Position numbers and translations under genes: made by a program
In this document: positions 45,708 to 55,239 of the stretch, in pieces
Layout: each line of letters starts with the position of its first letter
How positions within the stretch are numbered: the stretch's first letter is position 1
Assembly: GCA_029565675.1 (NCBI GenBank)
Contig: JAKQNP010000036.1
Span: 1,449 to 65,448 of the forward strand
Direction of reading: 5' to 3'
Length of the DNA: 64,000 nucleotides
Source: a bacterium
GTDB lineage: Bacteria; Zhuqueibacterota; Zhuqueibacteria; Residuimicrobiales; Oceaniaggregativiventaceae
Notes under the pieces: generated by a model
What the model saw: only the letters and a program-made list of their open reading frames with translations
The model's database searches: none
What the model was told of the DNA's origin: nothing

Positions 45708-47465
45708 ATGGAGGAAGATAACGTGAAATCGATTAATGTCATGATAGATGGAACAAAAGTCACCGTTCCTGAGGGGACCACAGTTCTGGATGCGGCCAAA
45801 AAGGCCAACATTAAAATTCCGGTGCTGTGCTATCATCCCGATTTGCCGCCGGTTGCTGCCTGCCGCCTCTGCGTGGTGGAGGTCAAAGGCGATCGCTTGT
45901 TGCGCACCGCTTGCAGCTGGCAATGCCGCGAAGGCATGGAAATTTCCACCAAAAGCGCCCTGGTGCGCGAATCCCGCAAGGTGGCGCTCGAATTGCTGCT
46001 TTCCCGTCACCCTATGAAATGCACCGAATGTGTGCGCAACGGCAACTGCGAATTGCAGGATGTGGCCAATTTGCTGGGCATTCGCGAGAATCCTTTTGAA
46101 TACAACGAGAGAAAAGGCGAATTGGATCTTTCCAGCAAATCGATCGTGCGCGACCCGGCCAAATGTATTCTATGCCGGCGTTGCATTCGCACGTGCGAAC
46201 TGGTACAAAGCGTCAGTGCCATCGGTCTGGAAGGCAGAGGTTATGACGTGTGGGTGGACACTCCATTTGGCAAGGGAATTGCCGATGGACCATGCGTGGC
46301 ATGCGGCCAATGCATCGACCGCTGTCCGGTCGGTGCCCTCTATGAAACCAGCCATGTGGATCGCGTCTGGCGTGCTCTGGACAACCCGCAGAAGCACGTG
46401 GTCATACAGACTGCCCCGGCTGTGCGCGTCGCCGTCAGTGAAGAGTTCGGCCTCGAACCAGGCGCATTGACAACCAAACAGATGGTGGCCGGTTTGCGAC
46501 GGCTCGGATTCGACCGCGTTTTTGATACCAATTTTACGGCAGATTTGACGATCATCGAAGAAGGACATGAATTGATCGGCAGAATTAAAAAAGGCGGCAA
46601 ATTTCCGATGTTGACCTCTTGCAGCCCGGGATGGATCAATTTTATCGAGCACTTTTTCCCACAGCTGCTGCCCCATGTCAGTTCATGCAAATCGCCGCAG
46701 CAGATGTTCGGAGCTTTGGCCAAAACCTATTACGCACAAAAATTCGGTATCGATCCCAAAAACATTTTTAGCGTGTCGATGATGCCATGCACTGCCAAAA
46801 AATATGAAGCGGATCGTCCGGAAATGAATGCCAGTGGTTATCAAGACGTCGATGCCGTTCTGACAACCCGGGAGGTGGCGGTCATGATGAAACAAGTCGG
46901 TGTCGATCTGCCCAACATGCATGAAGAAGAATATGATGATCCGCTGGGTGTGTCAACCGGTGCCGCGGTCATTTTCGGCAATACCGGTGGGGTCATGGAA
47001 GCGGCGCTGCGCACGGTTTACGAAGTGGTGACCGAGAAAAAACTGGAGGATCTGGAGATCAATGCTGTCAGAGGAATGGAAGGCATCCGCGAGGCGGAAA
47101 TCGATCTCAATGGTCTGAAAGTCAAAGCAGCGGTGGCAAACGGCCTCTACAACGCCCGCCAGCTTTTGGACAAGATTGTTGACGGCACTGCGGATTACCA
47201 TTTTATCGAAATTATGGCTTGCCCCGGTGGCTGTATCGGCGGCGGCGGCCAGCCGATCCCGACATCAAAGGAAATCCGCGCAAAACGGATCGAAGCGATC
47301 TATGAAGAAGATCGCGGTTACGAATTGCGCAAATCTCATGAAAATCCAGCTGTTCAAAAGCTGTACAAGGAGTTTCTGGGTGAACCCAATGGGCACAAGG
47401 CACACGAACTCTTGCACACCCATTACACACCCAAGTCGCAATACGAATCAGATACTGCTGCTTGA
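45708..47465 (+). CDS. hydA: [FeFe]-hydrogenase group A catalytic subunit 2
   Basis: TSCSPGW, MPCTAKKYE, EIMACPGGCIGGGGQP; full N-terminal FeS set; exact start uncertain (45699/45708/45723). Confidence 0.96.
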   Translation: MEEDNVKSINVMIDGTKVTVPEGTTVLDAAKKANIKIPVLCYHPDLPPVAACRLCVVEVKGDRLLRTACSWQCREGMEISTKSALVRESRKVALELLLSRHPMKCTECVRNGNCELQDVANLLGIRENPFEYNERKGELDLSSKSIVRDPAKCILCRRCIRTCELVQSVSAIGLEGRGYDVWVDTPFGKGIADGPCVACGQCIDRCPVGALYETSHVDRVWRALDNPQKHVVIQTAPAVRVAVSEEFGLEPGALTTKQMVAGLRRLGFDRVFDTNFTADLTIIEEGHELIGRIKKGGKFPMLTSCSPGWINFIEHFFPQLLPHVSSCKSPQQMFGALAKTYYAQKFGIDPKNIFSVSMMPCTAKKYEADRPEMNASGYQDVDAVLTTREVAVMMKQVGVDLPNMHEEEYDDPLGVSTGAAVIFGNTGGVMEAALRTVYEVVTEKKLEDLEINAVRGMEGIREAEIDLNGLKVKAAVANGLYNARQLLDKIVDGTADYHFIEIMACPGGCIGGGGQPIPTSKEIRAKRIEAIYEEDRGYELRKSHENPAVQKLYKEFLGEPNGHKAHELLHTHYTPKSQYESDTAA

Positions 47466-47470
47466 TCTCG

Positions 47471-47511
47471 AAAAATCGCTCTGCGCTGTTTAGGCGCAGA
47501 GCGATTTTTTT
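47471..47511 (+). terminator. Intrinsic terminator ending the hydrogenase locus
   Basis: AAAAATCGCTCTGCGC-TGTTTAG-GCGCAGAGCGATTTTTTT. Confidence 0.85.
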
Positions 47512-47577
47512 AACAGGTTGCCCAATTCTTTATGACCCCAAGATTCGCGGGTAAATCACAAACGCGAAGGAGTCCCT

Positions 47578-48657
47578 ATGGCTCATCGAACTTCGCAAGT
47601 GCTGATCCTAACGATCAATCCGGGTTCCACCTCAAGCAAAATCGCGATTTTCCGTGGGCGAAAACAAGTCGCACAACAAACACTTTTGCACTCTGCCGCT
47701 GATCTGCAAAAGTTCGAGACAATCTGGCAGCAATTCGATATCCGCGCACAAGCCATCCAGAATTTTTTAAAGGAAGAACACTATCTCGGCAAAGAGTTTA
47801 CCGGAGTTGTCGGCAGAGGTGGATTGCTTAAGCCCCTGCGCAGCGGAACCTATCTTGTCAATGAATCGATGATTCTCGATGCCAAGGCCGGTGTGCAGGG
47901 ACAACACATCGCCAACCTCGGCTGCGCTCTTGCTGATCATTTCGCCCGACTGCTCAACTGCAAAGCCTATGTGGTTGACCCGGTGTCGGTCGATGAATTC
48001 GAGCCTGTCGCCCGCTTTTCCGGACATCCGCTGATCGAACGACGAACCCTCTCGCATGCCCTCAATATTCGCGCGGCAACGTTTTTTATCGCCAGGGTTC
48101 TGGGAATCGATGCTCTGCACAGCAACATGGTGGTCGCACACTTGGGCGGCGGTATTTCAATCGCCGCTGTAAGAAACAGCCGCATTATCGATGTCAACGA
48201 CGCTTCAAGCGATGGACCATTTTCTCCGAACCGCACCGGCGGTTTGCCTCTGCAGCCCTTTATTGATCTCTGCTTTTCATCCAAATACTCAATCCGCGAA
48301 ATTCGAAACCTGGTGGCTGGAAACGGTGGCCTTTTTGCATACCTGGGCACCACGGACGTTCCGGAAATTGAACAGAGAATCGATAACGGCGACGAATTAT
48401 CCCGACACGTTTTTGCGGCGATGGCTTATCAAATCAGCAAAGAAATCGGTGCCATGGCTGCCGTGTTGGGTGGAAAACTCGATGCCATCGTTTTTACCGG
48501 CGGACTATCGCATTCTCAGCGGTTAATCGACCTGGTGCGCAGCCATATCCAGTTTTTGGCACCGGTGCATGTTCTTGCCGGTGAAATGGAAATGGAAGCT
48601 ATGGCTGATGGTTTGTTGCGGGTTCTGGAGGGGATCGAAAGTTTGCAGGTCTATTGA
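47578..48657 (+). CDS. buk: Butyrate kinase (copy 1)
   Basis: INPGSTSSK, GRGGLL, VDPVSVDE, AHLGGGISI, GPFSPNRTG, FTGGL. Confidence 0.93.
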   Translation: MAHRTSQVLILTINPGSTSSKIAIFRGRKQVAQQTLLHSAADLQKFETIWQQFDIRAQAIQNFLKEEHYLGKEFTGVVGRGGLLKPLRSGTYLVNESMILDAKAGVQGQHIANLGCALADHFARLLNCKAYVVDPVSVDEFEPVARFSGHPLIERRTLSHALNIRAATFFIARVLGIDALHSNMVVAHLGGGISIAAVRNSRIIDVNDASSDGPFSPNRTGGLPLQPFIDLCFSSKYSIREIRNLVAGNGGLFAYLGTTDVPEIEQRIDNGDELSRHVFAAMAYQISKEIGAMAAVLGGKLDAIVFTGGLSHSQRLIDLVRSHIQFLAPVHVLAGEMEMEAMADGLLRVLEGIESLQVY

Positions 48658-48709
48658 GACCACTCCAAGGGGTGCTCCGCTGGCACGATTCAACGAAACA
48701 GGGACCTTT

Positions 48710-49663
48710 ATGGTAAAAAAAATGATCACCAAACTCGACCAAATATTACAGCAAGCCAGAAAGGGCGACCCGATCAGGGTGGCCGTAGCTGCCGCACAAG
48801 ATGAAGCAGCCCTTTCAGCAGTGCTGAATGCTTTGGAGATGGGCATTGTGCAGGCCGAATTGTTTGGCGATGCCAACGAGATCAAAATAATTGCTGACAA
48901 TCCACAGCTGCTGAAAAAAGCAACCGTGCATTCTGCTGCAAATCCTTTGCAGGCAGCAGAGCAGGCCATTCAGGCGATCCGCAACGGCCAGGCAGAGCTT
49001 TTGCTCAAAGGACAAATAAAGACCGCCGAGTTGCTGCGCCGGGTCCTGGATGCGGAAACCGGTTTGCGGACCGGTCAATTGTTGAGCGATGTGTTCGTCT
49101 GTGAGTGGCCGACAGCCAGGCGAACCAGACTGATCATGATAACCGACGGTGGAGTCAACCTTAAGCCGTCCTTGAATGATAAGATACAAATCCTCACCAA
49201 TGCCGTCGGGGTCTGCCAGGCTTTGGGCAATCCTCTCCCCAAAGTGGCCATACTCAGTGCGATTGAAACCATAAATCCCAATCTGCAATCGACGCAAGAC
49301 GCTGCCATCCTGACCAAAATGAACCAACGCGGACAGATCCCGGGCTGCATTGTCGATGGTCCACTGGCGCTGGACAACGCTTTATCCGCCGAAGCAGCTG
49401 CCATCAAGGGTATTCACTCTGCCGTTGCCGGTGCAGCAGATATTTTGCTCTGTCCGGACATCGAATCTGCCAACATTCTTGCCAAATCCACCACCTATTT
49501 TGCGCGACTGCGGCTTGCCCACGTCTTGATCGGTGCCAAGGTGCCGGTGCTGATTCCTTCTCGTGCGGATACAGCCGACAGCAAGCTCTTGTCAATTGCG
49601 CTCGGAAAAATCGTTTACCACCATCAAATAGAAGCTGGTGGCCAATCGAGAAAAATGCAGTAA
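48710..49663 (+). CDS. ptb: Phosphate butyryl/acyltransferase (copy 1)
   Basis: LLKG, ITDGGVN, VDGPLALDNA, PDIESANILAK, SRAD. Confidence 0.88.
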   Translation: MVKKMITKLDQILQQARKGDPIRVAVAAAQDEAALSAVLNALEMGIVQAELFGDANEIKIIADNPQLLKKATVHSAANPLQAAEQAIQAIRNGQAELLLKGQIKTAELLRRVLDAETGLRTGQLLSDVFVCEWPTARRTRLIMITDGGVNLKPSLNDKIQILTNAVGVCQALGNPLPKVAILSAIETINPNLQSTQDAAILTKMNQRGQIPGCIVDGPLALDNALSAEAAAIKGIHSAVAGAADILLCPDIESANILAKSTTYFARLRLAHVLIGAKVPVLIPSRADTADSKLLSIALGKIVYHHQIEAGGQSRKMQ

Positions 49664-49932
49664 CCCAGCGGAAAAAGACCCATATGCCCTCTGCTGTTTA
49701 GTCCATTCAAGGTTGTCGACAGGAGATCGTTCATCAGGTCAAAGTTGTGCGCAGCGATGTCGTCAAGAGATTGGACGCAGTGCAAAAAAGAAATTGTAAA
49801 TCTGAATCAAATGGTTTAATTTACCTGGAAATAACGACCCTTGTTTCTTTTCGCTGTTTCGCTGTGAGCTGATAAAATTGCGCAGCAACACCTGTCAAAC
49901 TTGATCCCTTACTTTCACAGGAGTCGTGCCGA

Positions 49933-50727
49933 TTGAACAAGAATTTTTTCAACGAAAAATTACGCGTCGTTGGACAACAATTCTCTCAATTTATGATCAA
50001 TTTGCACGATATGTTCGAATTGTTCGGCCGTTCTTTTGCGCTTCTTTTTAACCGACCGGCCTACTTTCGCGACACACTTGCGCAAATGCACAGCATCGGC
50101 GTGCGCAGTCTGCCAATCGTCGTTCTGGTTTGCACCTTTACCGGCATGGTATTGGCATTGCAAGCTGGTTACGCAATGGCGATCTATGGAGCCAAGATGT
50201 ATGTCGGCTCTTTGGTCAGCATCTCTTTGTTGCGCGAGCTCGGACCCGTCTTGACGGCAGTCGTGGTTGCCGGCAGAGTGGGAGCCGGCATCGCCGCGGA
50301 AATCGGTTCGATGCAGGTCACCGAACAAATCGACGCGATGCGGGCTTTGGGTACCAATCCAGTTAAAAAACTGTCCAGCACCCGGCTGGTGGCCATTCTC
50401 ATCATGTTGCCGATCCTGACCTTCATCGGCAATGGGGTGGGCATTCTCGGCGCCTTGTTGATTGCCGTGGGCAATCTCAACATCGCCGGTTCCTTCTTTT
50501 GGACAACCGTATTTAACGCAATCACTTTCGAAGATCTCTTAAACAGTTTGCTTAAGCCAATTGCCTTTGCGATGATTATTTCGACAATCGGATGTTTCAT
50601 GGGGTTTCATGCATCAGGTGGTACCAAGGGGGTTGGCGAGGCAACGACTCGTTCGGTGGTTGTTTCCATCGTGTTGATTTTTCTGGTCGATTTTTTGATT
50701 ACCAATTTCATTCTAACCATCAGCTGA
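49933..50727 (+). CDS. mlaE: MlaE-family ABC permease
   Basis: RELGPVLTA, GRVGAGIAAEIGSM, EQIDAM, GVGEATTRSVV. Confidence 0.93.
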   Translation: MNKNFFNEKLRVVGQQFSQFMINLHDMFELFGRSFALLFNRPAYFRDTLAQMHSIGVRSLPIVVLVCTFTGMVLALQAGYAMAIYGAKMYVGSLVSISLLRELGPVLTAVVVAGRVGAGIAAEIGSMQVTEQIDAMRALGTNPVKKLSSTRLVAILIMLPILTFIGNGVGILGALLIAVGNLNIAGSFFWTTVFNAITFEDLLNSLLKPIAFAMIISTIGCFMGFHASGGTKGVGEATTRSVVVSIVLIFLVDFLITNFILTIS

Positions 50728-50740
50728 TCGGCACATCATT

Positions 50741-51481
50741 ATGGCTGAGCACGACAAGATCTTGCTGCGAGAGGTCTATAAAGAATTCGGCAGCACCAAG
50801 GTTTTGCAAGGGCTAAACCTGGCGATCAGAGCTGGCGAAACTCTGGTCGTCATGGGCCGCAGCGGCTGCGGAAAGAGCGTGATGCTCAAAATTTTGCTCG
50901 GATTAATCCTGCCCGACAGCGGAGAAATAGTCATCGACGACCAGGAAATCACGCAGCTATCGGAAAAAGATCTGGTGCCTATCCGGCAGAAAATAGGCAT
51001 GCTTTTTCAGGGGTCAGCGCTATTCGATTCACTGACTGTCGGCGAAAATGTCGGGTACGCTTTGAAAGAACATTTCAAAATGCCGACAGAAGAAATTCAG
51101 CAAGTGGTCAAGAAAAACCTGAGCTTTGTGGACTTGGCCGGTGCCGAGGATTTGATGCCGGCAGCATTGTCGGGGGGAATGAAAAAGCGGGTTGCTCTGG
51201 CTCGCGCAATGGCTTATCAGCCTGAAATTTTGCTTTACGATGAGCCAACCACCGGATTGGATCCGATCACTGCGACAACCATCAACGCTCTGATACGAAA
51301 GACACAACAAGAATTGGGTGTCACTTCGATCGTCGTGACGCACGAATTGGACAGCGGCTTCAGTGTAGCCGACCGAATTGCGGTCATCAATGATGGGGTG
51401 ATCATCGAAATTGGATCGTTACACGAAGTTCAAAAAAGCAAAAATAATTTTGTAAAACTTTTTTTGGCAGGTCCAAAATGA
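50741..51481 (+). CDS. mlaF: MlaF-family ABC ATPase
   Basis: GRSGCGKS, FQGSALFDS, LSGGMKKRVALARA, YDEPTTGLDP. Confidence 0.93.
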   Translation: MAEHDKILLREVYKEFGSTKVLQGLNLAIRAGETLVVMGRSGCGKSVMLKILLGLILPDSGEIVIDDQEITQLSEKDLVPIRQKIGMLFQGSALFDSLTVGENVGYALKEHFKMPTEEIQQVVKKNLSFVDLAGAEDLMPAALSGGMKKRVALARAMAYQPEILLYDEPTTGLDPITATTINALIRKTQQELGVTSIVVTHELDSGFSVADRIAVINDGVIIEIGSLHEVQKSKNNFVKLFLAGPK

Positions 51482-52446
51482 ACAGACGAGAGCAACAAGA
51501 ACGGAAACACGAGATCAAAGTTGGATTTACCATATTGTTGGGATTGTCTATTCTCGTTTTTACCATTCTCTATGTCGGACAAAACAAGGGCGTTCTGCGG
51601 CCGCGGTATCGGTTGCATTGCATGATGTCCAGGGTCAATGGTTTGCAGAGCGGCGCCCCGGTGCAATTGGCCGGCGTTCGTGTCGGTTCGGTCATCAGTG
51701 TTGAATTTTCGCCCTCCTATGAAGATCGCAAGATCGAGGTTATTCTGGAAATCGACAAGGTTGTGCAGCCGCGGATCCGCCAGGATTCAGAAGCCTATAT
51801 TGGCACCATGGGACTGTTGGGCGATAAATATGTCGGCATAAGTATGGGATCTATGGCCCTGCCGGTGTTGAATGAAGGGGAGATGCTCACGAGCAGCGAC
51901 CCGGTTGATATTGAGAAACTGATCGATGAAGGGGTGGATGTCTTTGCCGCTTTGCGCAAAACCAGCGAGTCGCTGACCGACATCACCCATAAAATCGATG
52001 AAGGCCGCGGAACCCTTGGCATGCTGATCAATGATCCGCGCATGTACTATGACATCGATCGCATTCTTCTGTTGCTCGAGAGTTTGACCATCAAGGTTGA
52101 AAAAGGCAAAGGATCGATGGCAAAATTGTTTTCTGATCCCCGTCTCTATGATGAGCTTGCGCAAACCCTTTTTTCGACCCGCCAAATGGTCGACAGCTTG
52201 CGACAGGGGCAAGGCTCGATGGGGCAATTGCTCACCGATCGCAGTTTGTATGACAACTTGACGGTTAGCACTGAAAACATCAAATCGCTAACCGAACGCC
52301 TGGAAGACGGGCAGGGGAGCATGGGCAAAGTGCTCGTCGATGAACAGCTCTACAAGCAATTGCAGTCGGTGGTTACACAGCTTGACAGCTTGGTCACAGA
52401 CATCAAAAAGAATCCTAAGCGCTATCTTAAAGTCGAAATCTTTTAA
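51478..52446 (+). CDS. mlaD: MlaD/MCE family protein with helical repeats
   Basis: N-terminal TM, NGLQSGAPVQLAGVRVGSV, GLLGDKYV; four GxG(T/S)(L/M)xxLxxD..Y repeats. Confidence 0.9.
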   Translation: MNRREQQERKHEIKVGFTILLGLSILVFTILYVGQNKGVLRPRYRLHCMMSRVNGLQSGAPVQLAGVRVGSVISVEFSPSYEDRKIEVILEIDKVVQPRIRQDSEAYIGTMGLLGDKYVGISMGSMALPVLNEGEMLTSSDPVDIEKLIDEGVDVFAALRKTSESLTDITHKIDEGRGTLGMLINDPRMYYDIDRILLLLESLTIKVEKGKGSMAKLFSDPRLYDELAQTLFSTRQMVDSLRQGQGSMGQLLTDRSLYDNLTVSTENIKSLTERLEDGQGSMGKVLVDEQLYKQLQSVVTQLDSLVTDIKKNPKRYLKVEIF

Positions 52447-52452
52447 TTTTTT

Positions 52453-52905
52453 ATGAGTCTCGTTTTAGTGGCCCGAATAACCGACAGAAACCCAGTTGAT
52501 CTTGCACAGAACAGCGTGCAGCGGATCGATCGCTGGCTGCACCATGTTTGCTTGTTTAAAACTCGCACACAGGCAGCCAGGGCATGTGAAGAAAGAAGGG
52601 TAAAGGTCAATGGCGAGACCATTAAAGCGGCAAAAAATATCCGGCCTGGAGATCAAGTGACCATTCGTTATCCCAACGGCCGCTTTGTCGATTATCAGAT
52701 CTTGGCATTGGCGCCAAAGAGCATGCCCAAGCAACAAGCGCGTGAATGCTATGACACACAAGAACGACAGGTCAGCGAGGAGATGCGCGAGTTGTTGCAG
52801 CTGTTCAATGCGAGCTATAAGCCGGTAAAAAGCAAATACAAAGGCCGGCCGACCAAAAGAGAACGCCGCACGATGGATGGTTTCAAACGCAAACAACAGA
52901 CTTGA
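52453..52905 (+). CDS. hslR: S4-domain RNA-binding protein (Hsp15-like)
   Basis: RIDRWL..LFKTRTQA, VKVNG, GRPTKRERR. Confidence 0.85.
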   Translation: MSLVLVARITDRNPVDLAQNSVQRIDRWLHHVCLFKTRTQAARACEERRVKVNGETIKAAKNIRPGDQVTIRYPNGRFVDYQILALAPKSMPKQQARECYDTQERQVSEEMRELLQLFNASYKPVKSKYKGRPTKRERRTMDGFKRKQQT

Positions 52906-53016
52906 GCAGGGTTCTGGTGCATCAATTTGTTAAGCCAAGGACTGTACACAGCAAAATTATTGTCCGACATGTGACATTTTCTTAAATAAATACCATGCGG
53001 GACATTTAAAACCACC

Positions 53017-53045
53017 TTGACATTGATTGCCTGTTTAATTATGAT
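53017..53045 (+). promoter_or_regulatory. Sigma70 promoter of gdhA
   Basis: TTGACA-17 bp-TATGAT. Confidence 0.7.
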
Positions 53046-53233
53046 TGAGTCAAGTCGCGCTTGTGGTTTTTGCCGGCGATTGCAGCACCGACTGCCGGCT
53101 TAATGCGAGTTGCGAAAGCGCTTTGTTTACGATGCGTGTCAATTTGATCGCATAACATCACCTTGTCTTCGGTGCGCAGACAAGAAAGCTTTTTATCACC
53201 GCACCACCCAATCCCCAATCACAGGAGTTAGCC

Positions 53234-54493
53234 ATGTCACAAAACAGCGTTTTCGAGATGGCGCTCGAGCAACTCGGCGATGCTGCCAAGCGTTTGAAAT
53301 TGGATTCCAGCATCCAGCGCGTGCTCAGCCATCCAGAACGCGAGCTGACAGTCGCCTGTCCGGTGGTGATGGACGATGGCCGGATCGAAGTGTTTACCGG
53401 GCATCGCGTCCAGCACTCCAGTGCTCGCGGTCCGTGCAAAGGCGGAATCCGTTTTCACCAAAATGTCGATATCGATGAAGTGCGTGCGCTTGCTATGTGG
53501 ATGACCTGGAAATGCGCTGTGGTCAATATCCCCTATGGCGGTGCCAAAGGCGGAGTGCAAGTCGATGTGACCAAATTGACCCCCAATGAAATCCGCCGTC
53601 TTACCAGGCGTTTCACCGTGGGTATCATGCCAATCATAGGCCCGCACAGCGATATTCCAGCACCAGATGTCAACACCAATGCCGAGACCATGGGCTGGAT
53701 TATGGACACAGTGAGCATGTTTCAGGGCAGCACGGTTCTCGATATCGTCACCGGCAAATCGATCGATCTCGGAGGTTCGCTGGGACGTCGGGAAGCGACC
53801 GGCCGCGGGGTGATGTTCAATACCCTGGAACTGCTCAAACGCGAAAAACGGGATCCCAAAAAGACCACTGTTGCTGTGCAGGGATTTGGCAACGTGGGAT
53901 CGGTCAGCGCCGACTTGCTGAACAAGGAAGGCTGCCGTGTTTTGGCGGTCAGCGACGTCAGCAGTGCCTATTATTGCGAAAAAGGCTTGCCTATCGCCGA
54001 TATGATCCAATATTGCAGCACATCCAAAAACCATCTCCTGGAAGGATTCACCGCCCCTGGAGTGAGCAAAATCGGCATGGACGAACTGCTGGAACTCGAC
54101 GTGAATGTTTTGATTCCCGCAGCGCTCGAAAAACAGATCACGCCCAAGAACGCCGATCGCATTAGGGCCGAGTACATCGTCGAAGGCGCCAATGGACCAA
54201 CCATGCCGGAAGCTGAACGTCTGTTGCTTAAAAAAGGTAAAATCATCGTTCCGGATATTTTGGCCAACAGTGGCGGTGTGGTGGTATCCTATTTCGAATG
54301 GGTGCAAAGCATTCAGTCGTTCTTCTGGGATGAAGAAGAGGTCAATCGCAACCTCCAAAGGGTGATTGTCAGCAGTTTTGATGCGGTCTGGAAAATGCAC
54401 GAAAAAGAATCTACAGATATGCGCAACGCCGCGATGATGATCGCCGTCGGACGTGTTGCACAAGCAATCAAACAGCGCGGTATTTTTCCATGA
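53234..54493 (+). CDS. gdhA: Glu/Leu/Phe/Val dehydrogenase (glutamate dehydrogenase)
   Basis: GPCKGGIRF, PYGGAKGG, DIPAPDV, GRREATGRG, QGFGNVG, EGANGP, NSGGVVVSYFEW. Confidence 0.95.
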   Translation: MSQNSVFEMALEQLGDAAKRLKLDSSIQRVLSHPERELTVACPVVMDDGRIEVFTGHRVQHSSARGPCKGGIRFHQNVDIDEVRALAMWMTWKCAVVNIPYGGAKGGVQVDVTKLTPNEIRRLTRRFTVGIMPIIGPHSDIPAPDVNTNAETMGWIMDTVSMFQGSTVLDIVTGKSIDLGGSLGRREATGRGVMFNTLELLKREKRDPKKTTVAVQGFGNVGSVSADLLNKEGCRVLAVSDVSSAYYCEKGLPIADMIQYCSTSKNHLLEGFTAPGVSKIGMDELLELDVNVLIPAALEKQITPKNADRIRAEYIVEGANGPTMPEAERLLLKKGKIIVPDILANSGGVVVSYFEWVQSIQSFFWDEEEVNRNLQRVIVSSFDAVWKMHEKESTDMRNAAMMIAVGRVAQAIKQRGIFP

Positions 54494-54710
54494 TCTCTGT
54501 CCTGCAATTGCGTTGATCACTGCCTGCAGCACCACCTACCGCTGCAGGCTTTTTTTTCTCTCCCTTAACCGCATGGCTGGCTGCAAATCTCTGATAATCG
54601 ACGTGTCCAGATTTTCAACGTTAAATGCGCTTGATACCTTGCACCACATTTTCGCTTGATTTTCGCTTTCAGATTGTAGATATTGATAAATGTATTGAGG
54701 GAATTCCGCG

Positions 54711-55235
54711 ATGGGCAAAATTCGCATGCCTGACCCCGTTTGTCGCATTGCAGCAATCTGTCATCGCCCTGATGCTCCGGTTGATCGTCTCGAAGATGAA
54801 TTGCAAAACCTGTTCGGCGCGATCCTGCACAAAAGCGATACGCTTCTTTTTGATCACACCGATTACTATCAGAAGGAGATGGGCGATCAGTTGCGAAAGT
54901 ATTTTGTTTCTTTTGCCGATTTCATCGATCCCAACGAATTGGCAGAAAGCAAATGCCAGACCAATCGGCTGGAAGAGAGTTGGCAAAAGGAAAAACGACG
55001 AACTGTTAATCTCGACCCGGGATACGTCGAACTGCCCAAGTTGGTTCTTGCCAGCAGCAAAAATTTTGCGCATCGCATCTATATTGGCCAAGGAATCTAT
55101 GGCGATGTGCAACTGGTCTGGAGACAAGGGCGATTTGTTGGCAACAATTGGACTTACCCCGATTATTTGGAACCCATGACGCTGCATTTTTTTACCGGCG
55201 TTCGCGAATATCTGCACCAGATGCTCATGGAGTGA
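54711..55235 (+). CDS. DUF4416 family protein
   Basis: HTDYYQKEMG, RTVNLDPGY, LASSKNFAHRIY, WTYPDY. Confidence 0.85.
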   Translation: MGKIRMPDPVCRIAAICHRPDAPVDRLEDELQNLFGAILHKSDTLLFDHTDYYQKEMGDQLRKYFVSFADFIDPNELAESKCQTNRLEESWQKEKRRTVNLDPGYVELPKLVLASSKNFAHRIYIGQGIYGDVQLVWRQGRFVGNNWTYPDYLEPMTLHFFTGVREYLHQMLME

Positions 55236-55239
55236 TGTG

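Noticed and set aside
48680-48696. CTGGCACG as a sigma54 promoter for ptb-1
   Set aside because: Good -24 half but no TTGC-like -12 element at the required spacing
52965-52990. TGTGACA-containing tract as a Rex operator upstream of gdhA
   Set aside because: Second half-site does not match TTGTGAAnnnnTTCACAA
53237-54535. 432-aa antisense ORF opposite gdhA
   Set aside because: Mirror frame of a highly conserved gene; no recognisable motif or RBS; explained by codon bias
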